Below, piece after piece: positions 18,660-29,240 of a stretch of DNA of 64,000 nucleotides. The notes beneath the pieces were generated by a model. It saw only the letters and a list, made by a program, of their open reading frames with translations. It was not told where the DNA came from and ran no database searches. Source of the stretch: Scyliorhinus canicula (taxonomy: Eukaryota); assembly GCF_902713615.1 (NCBI RefSeq), contig NC_052175.1, forward strand, positions 8,573,941 through 8,637,940, given 5' to 3'. Position numbers and translations under genes: made by a program. Each line of letters begins with the position of its first letter. Within the stretch, counting starts at the first letter, position 1.

Positions 18660-20355
18660 AAATGTTTTTCATAGCTAGCACCACCCGTTCGAGGCAACAT
18701 CCTGGTGAACCTCCTCTGCACGCTCTCTAAAGCATCCACCTCCTTCTGGTAACGTGGCGACCAGAACTGCATGCAGTAATCCAAATGTGGCCGAACCAAA
18801 GTCCGATACAACTGTAACATGACCTGCCGACTCTTGTACTCAATACCCCGTCCGATGAAGGCAAGCATGCTGCATGCCTTCTTGACCAGTCTATCGACCT
18901 GCGTTTGCCATCTTCCGGGTACAATGGTTCTGAACACCCAGATATCTCTGCACATCAATTCTCCCCATGACTCTTTCATTGACAGTATAGTCCGCTCTTG
19001 AAATGGATCTTCCAAAATGCATGACCTCGCATTTGTCTGGATTGAACTCCATATTCCATTTCTCTGCCGAACTCTGCAAACTATCTATATTTTGCTGTAT
19101 TCTCTGACACACTCTCTCACTATCTGCAGCTCCATCAATCTCAGTATCATCTGGAAACTTACTAATCAGACCACCTGTATCTTCGTCCAGATCATTTATG
19201 TATATCACAAACAACAGTGGTCCGAGCACGGACACCTGTGGAACACCACTAGTCACCCTTCTGCACTCCCTTCCACCACTACGCTATGTCTCCTGTTGCC
19301 CAGCCAGTTCTTTATCCATCTAGCTAGTACACCCTGAACCCCATACAACTTCACTTTTTCCATCAACCTGCCATGGGACACTTTATCAAACGATGAACTG
19401 AAGTCCATGTATGTGACAACTGCAGCCCTTCCCTCATCAATTAACTTTGTCACTAATCCTATTAGGTTTGAAATACATGACCTTCCCTGCACAAAGCCAT
19501 GCTGCCTATCACTGATAAGTCTATTGTCTTCCAAATGTGAATGGATCTTGTCCCTCAGCATCTACTCCAACAGTTTGCCGACCACTGACGTCAAGCTCAC
19601 AGGTCTACAATTCCCTGGATAATCTCTGCTACCTTTCGTAAACAAAGGGACAATGTCAGCAATTCTCCAGTCCCCCGGGAGCTCACTCGTGCTCAAGGAT
19701 GCTGATAAGATATATGTTAAGGTCCCTTAACAAAAAAAAAGTATCTCAACCATTTTCTCTGACTCCACGCAAAAAAATTCTCTTTTGTCTTTGAGTGCTC
19801 CTTATAGACGAATTAAATACTTTGCTATGTTCATTCACCGTGTTAGCCAAATATATTCCCTGACCCCTTTGAGCCCTCTTTATTGCACTTTTGAGACTTG
19901 TTCTACTGTACCGATATTCCTCTAAAGCTTCATCAGTTTTAAGTCGCCTATATCTTACGTATGCTTCCTTTTTCATCTGAGCTAGTCTCACAATTCCACC
20001 GGTCATCGATGGTTCCCTAAACTTGCCATTTATATCCCTCGTTTTCACAGGGTCACACTAATTAACCTTTTCTGAAAAGAGGCCCACATTTCAAATGCGG
20101 ATTTACCCTTCAAAAACTATTCCCAATCTACATTCCCTAGCTCCTGCCGAATTTTGACATACATGGCCTTTCCCCAATTTAGCACTCTTCCTTTCGGACC
20201 ACTCTCGTCTTTGTCCATGAGTATTCTAAAACATACCGAATTGTGATCGCTTGTCAAAAAGTAACTACCGACTGAACTTCAACCACCTGGCCGGGATCAT
20301 TCCCTAATACCAGGTCCAGTATTGCCCCTTCCCGAGTTGGACTATTTACATACTG
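18660..20355 (-). mobile_element. Degenerate CR1 ORF2 fragment with deletions
   Basis: Broken RT motifs in minus-strand ORFs ([46 protein letters not shown]). Confidence 0.85.
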
Positions 20356-20391
20356 ATGTCAGTGAAAAGGTTTAAAAAACACTTTACTTAC

Positions 20392-20610
20392 TGGCTTTTC
20401 ACTGTGGGATCTGTTCATTCGGTTTTCTGAAATAATAAACGCAATCAGTACTTTAAACAATGGACATTAAACAAACGTTCATTAAAATATCGGTGTTAAG
20501 CATCCATATTCACCCGATCAGCCACAATGTGAATTCCAAATCCAAATGAGGATGAATATTCTACGCCGGATAATCGAGGCAGTATCGGTAAAGGATAAAA
20601 ATGCTCAATC
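20392..20610 (-). pseudogene. Inverted pseudogene cassette of the V-C1 receptor family: TM exon (20514-20610) and first cytoplasmic exon (20392-20426)
   Basis: Shares acceptor context TTCTAATTGTTTTGTCTCTG(T)CAG with the TM exons at 26972 and 39617; exon is 97 nt instead of 102 and has stops; next exon ENRMNRSHSEKP ends in GTAAGTAA like the paralogs. Confidence 0.7.
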
Positions 20611-21399
20611 CTGACAGAGACAAAACAATTAGAAACTGCTGTTGGGTTAAATGATTCTTTATGGGAATATCTCAGAGGAAAGATGATCCATTCTGAATAC
20701 AAAGCAGGGAAATCCGTGCTGAAAATTCTCTGAAAGACTCCTCAGGAACCGAAGTCACGGAATCTTCAGCAGACTGGTGAGAAATGGTGAGGATGTTGTG
20801 AAGAGTCTGGTTACAGGAATCACTGGCAGCATGAGTTGTGAAATTAACTGTCCTCAGAGCTTGACCTTTTCTGAGTAAATGCTTGATCTTCCATTGCGAA
20901 GGAGCGGGGGAGTAGAGCTTGCAGCAGAGAGCCGGTCTGGCAGCAACGAGCCGCATTGTCTGTGACCGCAACTGTTTGCTCTGAGCGTTAAAAATACCTC
21001 GCCCACAGCCCATTTGGAGCTTTGCAACGAGCATTGAGGTATGGATATCAGTGCCCGAGATTGTGACCACTCGCTGCTTGAGATGGAAAATGATGTTCGA
21101 GCCAAAAGCTCTCTGTGGTTTTCCTGTTTTTACAGTTGAGGCGCTGCACCCACATAACTGCATTCAGAGGTCACACACTGGCAGTTCATGTCAAACTGTA
21201 GACAGAATGCGGGGTTACCGCCCAGACTGGATTCATCTAAACAGAGAACAGGCTGGTGTACAATCATGCTCATTAACAGTGTGTTAATTAATGTTATACC
21301 GATTTCCTATTTCCCTGCCCTGTCCGAGATTTGAATCAAATTAACTGATCCACAACTTTATTCACAATTGCACAATGCCTTCATGAGCGCCTCGCTGGG

Positions 21400-22070
21400 A
21401 TCGCACTGTGTAATATCGACACACAGAGAACACGGCAACACACGATGGGAGATGGGAACAAGACACCAATTGTCCTCGTAACCGCACACTGGCCTGGGAC
21501 TTTATCGCCATTCCTTAACTGTCCTTGGACCAAACCCCTGGAGAAACGAGCCTAAAGGTTGGTGTGCCGACACACCATGGACTACAGTGAACAAACGAGA
21601 CCCTGATCCCCTTCCAAAAGAACAATAAAAAATATATAATCGGAACAGGCCCTTCGGCCCTCCACGCCTGTTCTGAGCATATGGCCTAATAAAAAAAATG
21701 CTGCCCTTACTCGTATTCCTCTATTTCCCCTTCATCTGCCCATCCAGATGCCTCTTAAATGACGTTGATGTGCCTGATTTCACCACATCCTCTCGCCGCG
21801 CGTTCCAGACACCCACCGCTCTCTGCATGATAAACGCCTGTTCGGGGAGGCTGGTACGGGAATTGAATCGTTCTGCTGGCCTGCCTTGGTCTGCTTTAAA
21901 AACCAGCTGTTTATTTCTGTGCTAAACCAGCCCCACACGTCCACGCTTGGAAAAGAGACTGAGTTTACACCCTGTCTATTCCTCTCATAATGTAGAGACA
22001 TTTAGGGATGGACAATTAATGCCGCACTGACCAGCGATGATCACATTCTATGAACGAACGAATATAAATT
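21400..22070 (+). mobile_element. Old LINE 3'-end remnant with an inserted CR1 tail fragment (21620-21830, minus)
   Basis: Degenerate tatcgccattcctt...ccatggactacag...ttagggatggacaattaatg...cacattctatgaacgaa blocks typical of shark LINE 3' ends (from memory). Confidence 0.4.
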
Positions 22071-23048
22071 GGTGACCTCTTGCTTTCAACAGAAGATCAG
22101 TGCAAATCTTTGTACTTCCAAAGAAGTACATTGGACAACTTTCATTCACTATCTCTTAATTTCTCTCCTCTAATGTCTTTCCTCACTGCAGCTTCTAAGA
22201 AATGTACTCTGTCCGGCATGTACTGAATTTCCACTGATAATGATTTCCAAATGTTTTCTAAGGAATATCTTTAGGAAACTGGGGGATTGTATTGGGAACG
22301 GCGACCACCAGAAACCTTTATTCGCAGATCTACGAACAGATGGCTTGCAGGCTAAATTAACTCGAGTATTTTCCCAGTTTACCGTTTAAAATAGTTGTCT
22401 ACTATTTTATCTAAAGGGTAAATGCTTTTAACTTAACCCTTTGGCAACACGGAATGCAAGTCGTTTCTGCTCGAAATTTTGTTTCAAAAGAAGTCACTCA
22501 GTCGACATCAGAATCTGCGAGTATGAACACGGCCCAGAATCGAAATACAACCCAATTGACGAGAGGCCCAAGGTTCTGGTGCTACTCAAAAGTTTGCTTT
22601 ATTCGATTTGTGAATGATTCGAAAGCAACGCCTATTTTCATGATCTTGTTGGTGATATTCACTAGAAAAACACACAGAAGGCTGCAGAAAAAAATTATTC
22701 TAATTCAGTTCAATTGCTTTCATATTTTGGTCCTTGTTTCGGATACTTAGACTAACTGCAAATTGCTGGCCCCCCAAACTACAAAAAGGATATTGGCAAT
22801 GGATCAAATACGATTTACAAGAATGAGAGCATGGCCAAAATGTCATAAATAATTAGAAATAAGGAACAGGCTGGTGATTGTTGAACTGGCGAAGACAAGG
22901 CTGAGGGACGGCCTGGTAGATTTCTGACCAGTTGGATCAGCAACATCACGCCAATGACAAGCTGGGATGGATACACTTGAGTTAATTACTAACTACAATA
23001 TTCAGCATGGATCCCTGCAGTTATTATTCGGCCCCCACTCTGAACTAC

Positions 23049-23058
23049 AGCCAATCAG
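23049..23058 (+). promoter_or_regulatory. CCAAT box upstream of the receptor gene
   Basis: AGCCAATCAG, ~240 nt upstream of the leader ATG. Confidence 0.45.
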
Positions 23059-23291
23059 ATTGATGTGAGGTCTTCTGTTTCTTGTCAGCTGTGACACACA
23101 GGCGGTGACAGCAGTGCAAATGAACGTCATATTCACCAAGACACCGCTCACAGAATGGTGTCATACTTTCCAGAGAACACATCGTCATCGTTTCCGCCGG
23201 ATCTGGGCGTGAGCTCGGGTCAGTCTGTGGCCACTCCGGCCGCAGTAACAAGCGAGTGAGAGCGAAAACGGGGAGCAGTCTCCGGCTCAAG

Positions 23292-23346
23292 ATGGCGAAG
23301 GAACATTTCAACCTGCCACTCATTTTCCTGGTGCTGAGGGGTTACG
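23292..23346 (+). CDS. V-C1 receptor gene A, exon 1 (leader peptide MAKEHFNLPLIFLVLRGY)
   Basis: AAGATGG Kozak context, hydrophobic core, phase-1 donor G|GTGAGT matching the phase-1 V exon. Confidence 0.75.
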
Positions 23347-23653
23347 GTGAGTAAGCGACGGTGGGAAATATAACCGGAATTCCCTTCGTTCAGTAAAATG
23401 TGAGAATGCGTGTTTCTTGAAAAAAAACTGTGATCCACTGATCAGGTGAAGGGTTTTCACCAGTTAGTGCCAGTGTGTTTACTGCTTTCTCCTACAAAAC
23501 CGAAGCAAAAATAAATTGAAGAATAAATCTCACCAAAATCTCTGTAAAACAACAATGAGATAGTGTTTTAATTACAGCTTAAGCGTTTCAAAGCGGATGT
23601 TTCCAATCTCTCAATAATCGTCGATAACGAAACAATAATCTCTGTGGTTACAG

Positions 23654-23980
23654 ACTCCGAGTCCACTCTGTCTCACATCCCCTTCCCAATGACTGCTGAA
23701 GTCGGGCAGATGGTGGAATTAACCTGTCATTACATTTACGAGGTGGAAGTGGTGTCTAGCTATGGCTGGTATAAACAAGGAGTGGGTGAAGCACCGAAAT
23801 CAATCGACATTTCATCCTGTAACGGGGCGGATTGTAAGTTCATTTCTAAAAAAGGCAACAGCAAAAATGTTCTGATTCTGGAAATCCGCAATGTCCAGGC
23901 GAATGAATCGGGTTCCTACTACTGTGCTGAGATGGATAGCTATGCACCGCTCCAGAAAGCAGCTAATCTACTGGTTGGAG
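23654..23980 (+). CDS. V-C1 receptor gene A, exon 2 (Ig V-set domain with germline-joined G strand)
   Basis: TTACAG acceptor; VELTC...WYKQ...LEIRNVQANESGSYYC; G|GTAAG donor; 327 nt, phase 1-1; no RSS between YYC and the G strand. Confidence 0.92.
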
Positions 23981-24070
23981 GTAAGAGAACAATTGAAATG
24001 AATTCTGATCATGCACAGTATTATCATGTTGTGTGAATTAATCGTTGACTATGTCTCAATCTGTGTCCAG

Positions 24071-24400
24071 ACAGTTCCACCAATAAGACGGCGATGCTGA
24101 TATTTGTGCCACAGGGCGAGGGGAATTCCAGGGAAACCGTCCCATTGGTGTGTTTGGTCAGTGGACTTTCTTCGAACCGGATTGTTATTTTCTGGAATAT
24201 TTCCGGCCAGGTAACCGAGGGATCGAGCGATCCCGGTACATTGGAGGAGGATGGGACCTACAGCATTACCAGTCAGATCATGGTGTCGATGGATATGTGG
24301 AGTAATGGCGCTGTCTGTACTTGTATCGTTCAACTGGGGTCTCCAAACAAAAATTGGACGAAGAGCGTGTTGTTCCCCAAAGCAGCAGAGACAAGGACAG
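24071..24400 (+). CDS. V-C1 receptor gene A, exon 3 (Ig C1-set domain)
   Basis: GTCCAG acceptor after a 90-nt intron; VPLVCLVSG...IFW...DGTYSITSQIMVS..MW...CTC; G|GTGAGT donor; 330 nt, phase 1-1. Confidence 0.92.
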
Positions 24401-24989
24401 GTGAGTTGGTGATCTTCACAATGATGGTTTGAATTCAAGTTAAAATCAATAAGAACGATTAGCTCGAAGCTAAGACTCTGAAGCCTGTTAAATAAAAACA
24501 AAGGCTTTTCAATATTTATCCCGATAGCTTTGTCACATTTTCCCCTGAAATTAGAATCTGGTTTTCCATTCCGAAGTTATTGAATTTGCATCAACCGCCG
24601 TCTTTACGCAGTGGGCTTTGGAATGGAGTTGTGATCAGTTCTCCACTGGATGGGCTTCACAAACAGAAACCAGAAAAAAGTGGAAATTTTTGTCTAAAAA
24701 TGACTTGTTTTCTGAGACATTCATTTACTTTCTCTGAATCTGATTTTCCAGAACCCATCATCCGTGTAATATCTGCTTTATTGGTTTAATCCTGCTTCCT
24801 GAGTCATGTAATGTTTTAGAACATTGTACTCTGGGTCTAACACTTCACATAAATGTCATTTTCAGAATTTATCCCAAGTGAATCACACAGACTTTACTTG
24901 GACAGGCGAATCGGAGCTTTATTGTCACAAACAAATGACAGGGGCAGGGCGATTACTAATGCATGCAAAGCTCTCGACATTAGCAATAC

Positions 24990-26170
24990 GTCAGAGATTA
25001 GAAGAAAAAGGGAGCTGCGATGAACATTAACAAAACTCTGGTTCAGCATCAACTGCAGTATTAATTCCTATCTGGGCACCAGAATGTCTGGTGAATGTAT
25101 TAGAGACAGTGCAGAAAAGATTCAAAGGAATGGTAACACGGGTGGGAAAATTAATTCACGTACATAACCGATAGACACTGATACGGTACTGCTTGGAGAA
25201 GAGATGTTTGAACAGATATGTGATAGTGGCGTTTAAAATCAGGAGGGATCTTGGCAGAGTATAGAGTGAAAATCTGTACCACGTGACCGAAGGGTGGAGT
25301 GCCAGGCGATGTAAATATGATGTGATTGAGAAAGAAATGAACTGCAACAAAACGGTGAACCCTTCTGTACACCGAATGTTCATCATTGGAACACACTGCC
25401 TGAGAGTGGCAATCCAGAGGGAATTGGAGCATGGTGAGGAATGGAAGAATGTGTAGGCGGAAGAGGAGCGGCAGGTGGGTGGAATTAAGCGGGTTGTTGC
25501 TGCAAAGAGGTAGCAGAGAGTTGGTGGGCTGAATGGCCTCCTTATGTGCTGCAATTATTCTCTGATTCAGTAATGTTTGGAGATGGAAATGGGAAGATCA
25601 ATTAATTGTGTAAGGCATCCGTAATCATTGAATTTTTAAATTGAAGAATCGAGTGTAAAAGCAAGGGGTGTATAAATGCGTCAGAAAGCACTGGCTGGCC
25701 ACGTTCACAGTATTGTGGTCAGCTGCACACAGCTTTTTAGGGGATGAAGTCACAAGTCTACCGAGAGAGCCGAGGAAATTAGTTGGGAACTGGCCACTTC
25801 AGTTAATGTGGAGAGACTGGAGAAGCTTGGACTCTTCTCCATACATAAGAGAATGTTAAGAGGAGAAATGATCGACGGCACGATCAACCAGAACGTTTCG
25901 ATGGAGTAACTAATTGGAACAGTGCACAATAGCAGTAGGTGAGAAAACAACGGGACACAAATTGAAGATAATCAACAAAGAACTGGGGATATGTGGAGAG
26001 GATGATTTACACAGAGAGTTCTTGTTATCTGGAACACGCGGCAAAATCATATTTAATAGTTACTTTCAGAAGGGACTTTGCAGAAATATTTAATGGGGAG
26101 CAATGTGCAGGTTCATGAGAGAAAGCTGAGGGAGTTTGACCCAATTTGGATAGAACTTTCAGAAATGACT
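24990..26170 (+). mobile_element. Decayed CR1 3' fragments in the C1-TM intron
   Basis: Degenerate RT C-terminal/3' UTR blocks (gagacagtgcagaaaagattca..., ctggagaagcttggactcttctcc...). Confidence 0.55.
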
Positions 26171-26203
26171 CAAGGACAGCATCATTCACTATTCCGAGAT
26201 ATT

Positions 26204-26432
26204 TGTTTTATTTTTAAAATTTAGATTACCCAATTATTTTTTCCAATTAAGGGGCAATTTAGCGTGTCCAATCCACCTACTCTGCACATTTTTGGGTTGT
26301 GGGGGCGAAACCCACACAGACACGGGGAGAATGTGCAAACTCCACACGGACAGTGACGCAGAGCCGGGAGCGAACCTGGGACCTCAGCGACGTGAGGCGG
26401 TTGTGCTAACCACTAGGCCACCGTGCTGACCT
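26204..26432 (-). mobile_element. Short A/T-tailed V-SINE with 12-bp TSD
   Basis: tRNA-like head and V core; TTCCGAGATATT at 26192-26203 and 26433-26444. Confidence 0.88.
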
Positions 26433-26486
26433 TTCCGAGATATTCCTAACACGTTGAACATAATTAATTCACCAGAACCCAATCAA

Positions 26487-26812
26487 AGGGCGGCACTGCT
26501 GCACAGTAGTTAGCAGAGTTGCTTCACAACTCCAGGGTCCCAGTTTCGGTTCCCGGACCGGGTCACTGTCTGTGCGGAGTCCGCATGTTCTCCCTGTGTC
26601 TGCGTGGGTTTCCTCCGGGAGCCCCGGTGTCTTCCTGCTGTCCGGTGACGTGCATATTAGGAGGATTGACCATGCTAAATTGTCCTTCGTGTCCACAAAG
26701 GTTAGGTGGGGTTAATGGGTTCTGTGGATAGGGTGAAGGGTGCTCTTTCCGAGGGCCGATGAAAACTCGATGGGCCGAATGGCCTCCTTCTGCACTGTAA
26801 ATTCTATGATTG
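26487..26812 (+). mobile_element. V-SINE (long form with LINE-like tail)
   Basis: Head CAGTAGTTAGCA, GGTCACTGTCTGTGCGGAG core, tail ATGGGCCGAATGGCCTCCTTCTGCACTGTAAATTCTATG. Confidence 0.85.
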
Positions 26813-26971
26813 CATTTCACGTTTTACTATCATTTCCAAGGCTTTTAATTTGCCCCTTTCAGTCCCAAGGTTCAGGTTCCGACTTTTTACCTGCGTTGAG
26901 TTTCCCAGCTGAGAATCCCAGGAGATAAGGATGTGACTGAGAAGCAGATTCTAATCGTTTTGTCTCTGCAG

Positions 26972-27073
26972 GATGGTGCAGCCGGGCCCTTCCCGCTTTC
27001 ATCACTGTCCTGGTGGTTCTGCTTCTCTTGTTGATTCTACTTTCCATTTGGATTTGTGAAGGAGGCAGATCAG
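26972..27073 (+). CDS. V-C1 receptor gene A, exon 4 (stalk Cys + uncharged TM)
   Basis: TCTCTGCAG acceptor; (G)WCSRALPAFITVLVVLLLLLILLSIWICEGGRS; G|GTGAG donor; 102 nt, phase 1-1. Confidence 0.88.
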
Positions 27074-27172
27074 GTGAGGAATCCGGTGCATGAGGGATAT
27101 TGCCGTGATTGCTGATCCAATGTTATTATCTTCTCCTGATTTTATTTGGCTAATTATAGTTTCTTCTTTCAG

Positions 27173-27203
27173 GAAAATTGGACAACAAAAGCCAAAATGA
27201 AAA
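27173..27203 (+). CDS. Gene A cytoplasmic exon 1 (KLDNKSQNE)
   Basis: TTCTTTCAG acceptor, AA|GTAAGT donor; phase 1-2; homologous exon follows both paralogous TM exons. Confidence 0.8.
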
Positions 27204-27445
27204 GTAAGTAACTGAGCAATTTGTAAACTACATCACGGACACTCTCTTTGCATTTAGTATTGTGTGATGTCCAGTTCAAACCCAACTCTGATTTCAATGT
27301 TTCATGTTGATATTCTGTTCGATATATGAAGATGAATCTAAACGTGCTGCACAATTAATTATTTTATCAGCTATTTCTGGGACCTGGACCAGGATCTGTC
27401 TGATCTAACACTTCATTAATACATTTTGTCCTTGTTCCGTTTTAG

Positions 27446-27492
27446 CTTGAGAGAGATGACACAAAGAGGGAGGCTGAAAGAGCGACAAACGG
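27446..27492 (+). CDS. Gene A cytoplasmic exon 2 (LREMTQRGRLKERQT)
   Basis: TTTTAG acceptor, G|GTAAGT donor; phase 2-1, compatible with neighbours. Confidence 0.7.
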
Positions 27493-27611
27493 GTAAGTTC
27501 CATTGAAACATTGGCACCGATTAAATAGCAAATTGCGGGAATTCACCGATTGATAACTGGACTTTCAACCATCAAAATATTCTTCAATCATATCATTCAT
27601 TTTGGTGTCAG

Positions 27612-27656
27612 GAAACGGCGAATTATTGATTATTAAATCTGCCGGTAATATACCAG
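27612..27656 (+). CDS. Gene A possible cytoplasmic exon 3 (NGELLIIKSAGNIP), skippable
   Basis: GTCAG acceptor, CAG|GTAGG donor; 45 nt, phase 1-1; weaker polypyrimidine tract. Confidence 0.45.
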
Positions 27657-27939
27657 GTAGGAAATGGACGCGAGACGACGGGCTTGTCCACCATTGGCGA
27701 ATTGGGATCCATTGACTCATCATCTGACAATTGATTCATTGAGGGGCCGTTGATATATTACGGGTGCACTGGCCTATTTGTAAAGCTTTTGGATAGACTG
27801 AAATTGACAATTAGGGTGAATTGATGCCTTGAGCCAATTTGCGCATTGAGTCGTCATTGTCTTCGCCTATCTCCAGCTGAATATCTATTCGCCTAAAGAA
27901 CATAATATTTAAATTTATTTTGCATTCTTTAATACCTAG

Positions 27940-27989
27940 GCGACCACCGCCAGGCACAGACACAGAGATTAAATGACGGTGCGTTACGG
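27940..27989 (+). CDS. Gene A cytoplasmic exon 4 (DHRQAQTQRLNDGALR)
   Basis: CCTAG acceptor, GG|GTAAGT donor; 50 nt, phase 1-0, exactly what the last exon requires. Confidence 0.7.
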
Positions 27990-29159
27990 GTAAGTGCAAT
28001 TAATATTTTGTCAAGCTGCCCAGATGATTGCTGATTTTTGGAATAATATGCACCCCATCCCACGCTAGATATTTCACGCGGATGGCCGAGCACATTCTAG
28101 ATAGAACATCAGCATTAGTTTCAAATCACACTCGTCGCATTAACTAAAATCGCAACATATTTCTCTGCGGGGGCAGGAGTGGAGGAGCGAGGGTGTTGTG
28201 TTGGGACTGGGGAGCAGGGAGCAGGATTTGACATCAAATCCCTCAACAAACATCCAAATTAAATACATCCGCAGCACCGTTATTAAATGGATGTTCTTGG
28301 AACCCTATTGATTCCGAATGGGCTGCCTAATTTATTTCATTGAAAACTTTGAGGAGAATTTTGAAAAGTTGCTGTCAAGCGACCAGGGGCTTGCAGAGCT
28401 GCGAAAGGCGCAAAATATGAGCAGTGTGGATTGTGCTCCCTGATTTGGTGCTTGAGCCATAATCATTTCATAAGGTGCCTGGTACTTCACTTAAAGTGCT
28501 GGAACGTTTAAAGCAACGGATCGGGAGATGGGCAGTGTGATAAGAATAGTCAGCGTGCTTTATATTTCAAGTTAGTTTATTTAGGCACTGACAGCATGGT
28601 CTAAATGGCCTCCTGATGTGTACTCCCCCCCCCCCCCCCACCCCTTCTCTGCGTTTCTTCGGTGGAAGTCTCTTTATTACGTTTGTGTTTCTGTCTGGAT
28701 ATGGATTTATCTGCCGGACCCTATAGATAACACACGGGGAAACATGATCATCAGATTCGCTCTTTAACAATACATATGTGGAATAAAAGTAAGTTACGTC
28801 GCCCCAGTTGTCTTGTTTTCCATTGACCATGTCTGCTTTAATTTATTTTCCATAAACATTTAGCAGCACACTTGCAGATAGATATAGAGGGGAACTGGAA
28901 GATGATTCAACTGTGGTTTTCAAAAGGGAATCTGTGAAATGTTTGAAGGGAGGAGAATTGTTGAAGATATGGGAAATGTCAAAAAGACGATTGCGCTAAC
29001 TGACTAGCACTTTCAAGGAGCCAGGACGGATTGAATGGACCGAATGCTATCCTTCTCAGTTGTTTCATTCTGTCACTTCATTGAAGTCTAATATTTTTCG
29101 GAATAATTTGACATCTATGTTCACTATTTTCGAATGTCAATGCTTCATATATTTCCCAG

Positions 29160-29240
29160 ACTCAGGGCGGACCTCTCTACGCCTCCCTGGATTTGGCCGC
29201 ATTGGAAAAGAGATCAAAAAAGAAGGCAGGCCGCAGATAA
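29160..29240 (+). CDS. Gene A terminal exon (TQGGPLYASLDLAALEKRSKKKAGRR-stop), tyrosine motif YASL
   Basis: TTTCCCAG acceptor, phase 0; TAA at 29238-29240; AATAAA at 29311-29316. Confidence 0.75.
   Translation, partial: TQGGPLYASLDLAALEKRSKKKAGRR

Noticed and set aside
20368-20406. CACTGTG heptamer with a possible GGTTT nonamer
   Set aside because: Nonamer is poor and the spacing is off; the heptamer lies inside the pseudogene cytoplasmic exon. No evidence for V(D)J rearrangement anywhere in the window.
20672-21290. Minus-strand SFSISSSEWSQ and VTSECSY strings as remnants of the third paralog's C1/V
   Set aside because: Isolated short resemblances without the required Cys/Trp spacing or splice sites.
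28727-28798. Candidate extra cytoplasmic exon ending in a strong GTAAGT donor at 28799
   Set aside because: All phases from the 28727 acceptor hit stops, and the gene model closes without it.
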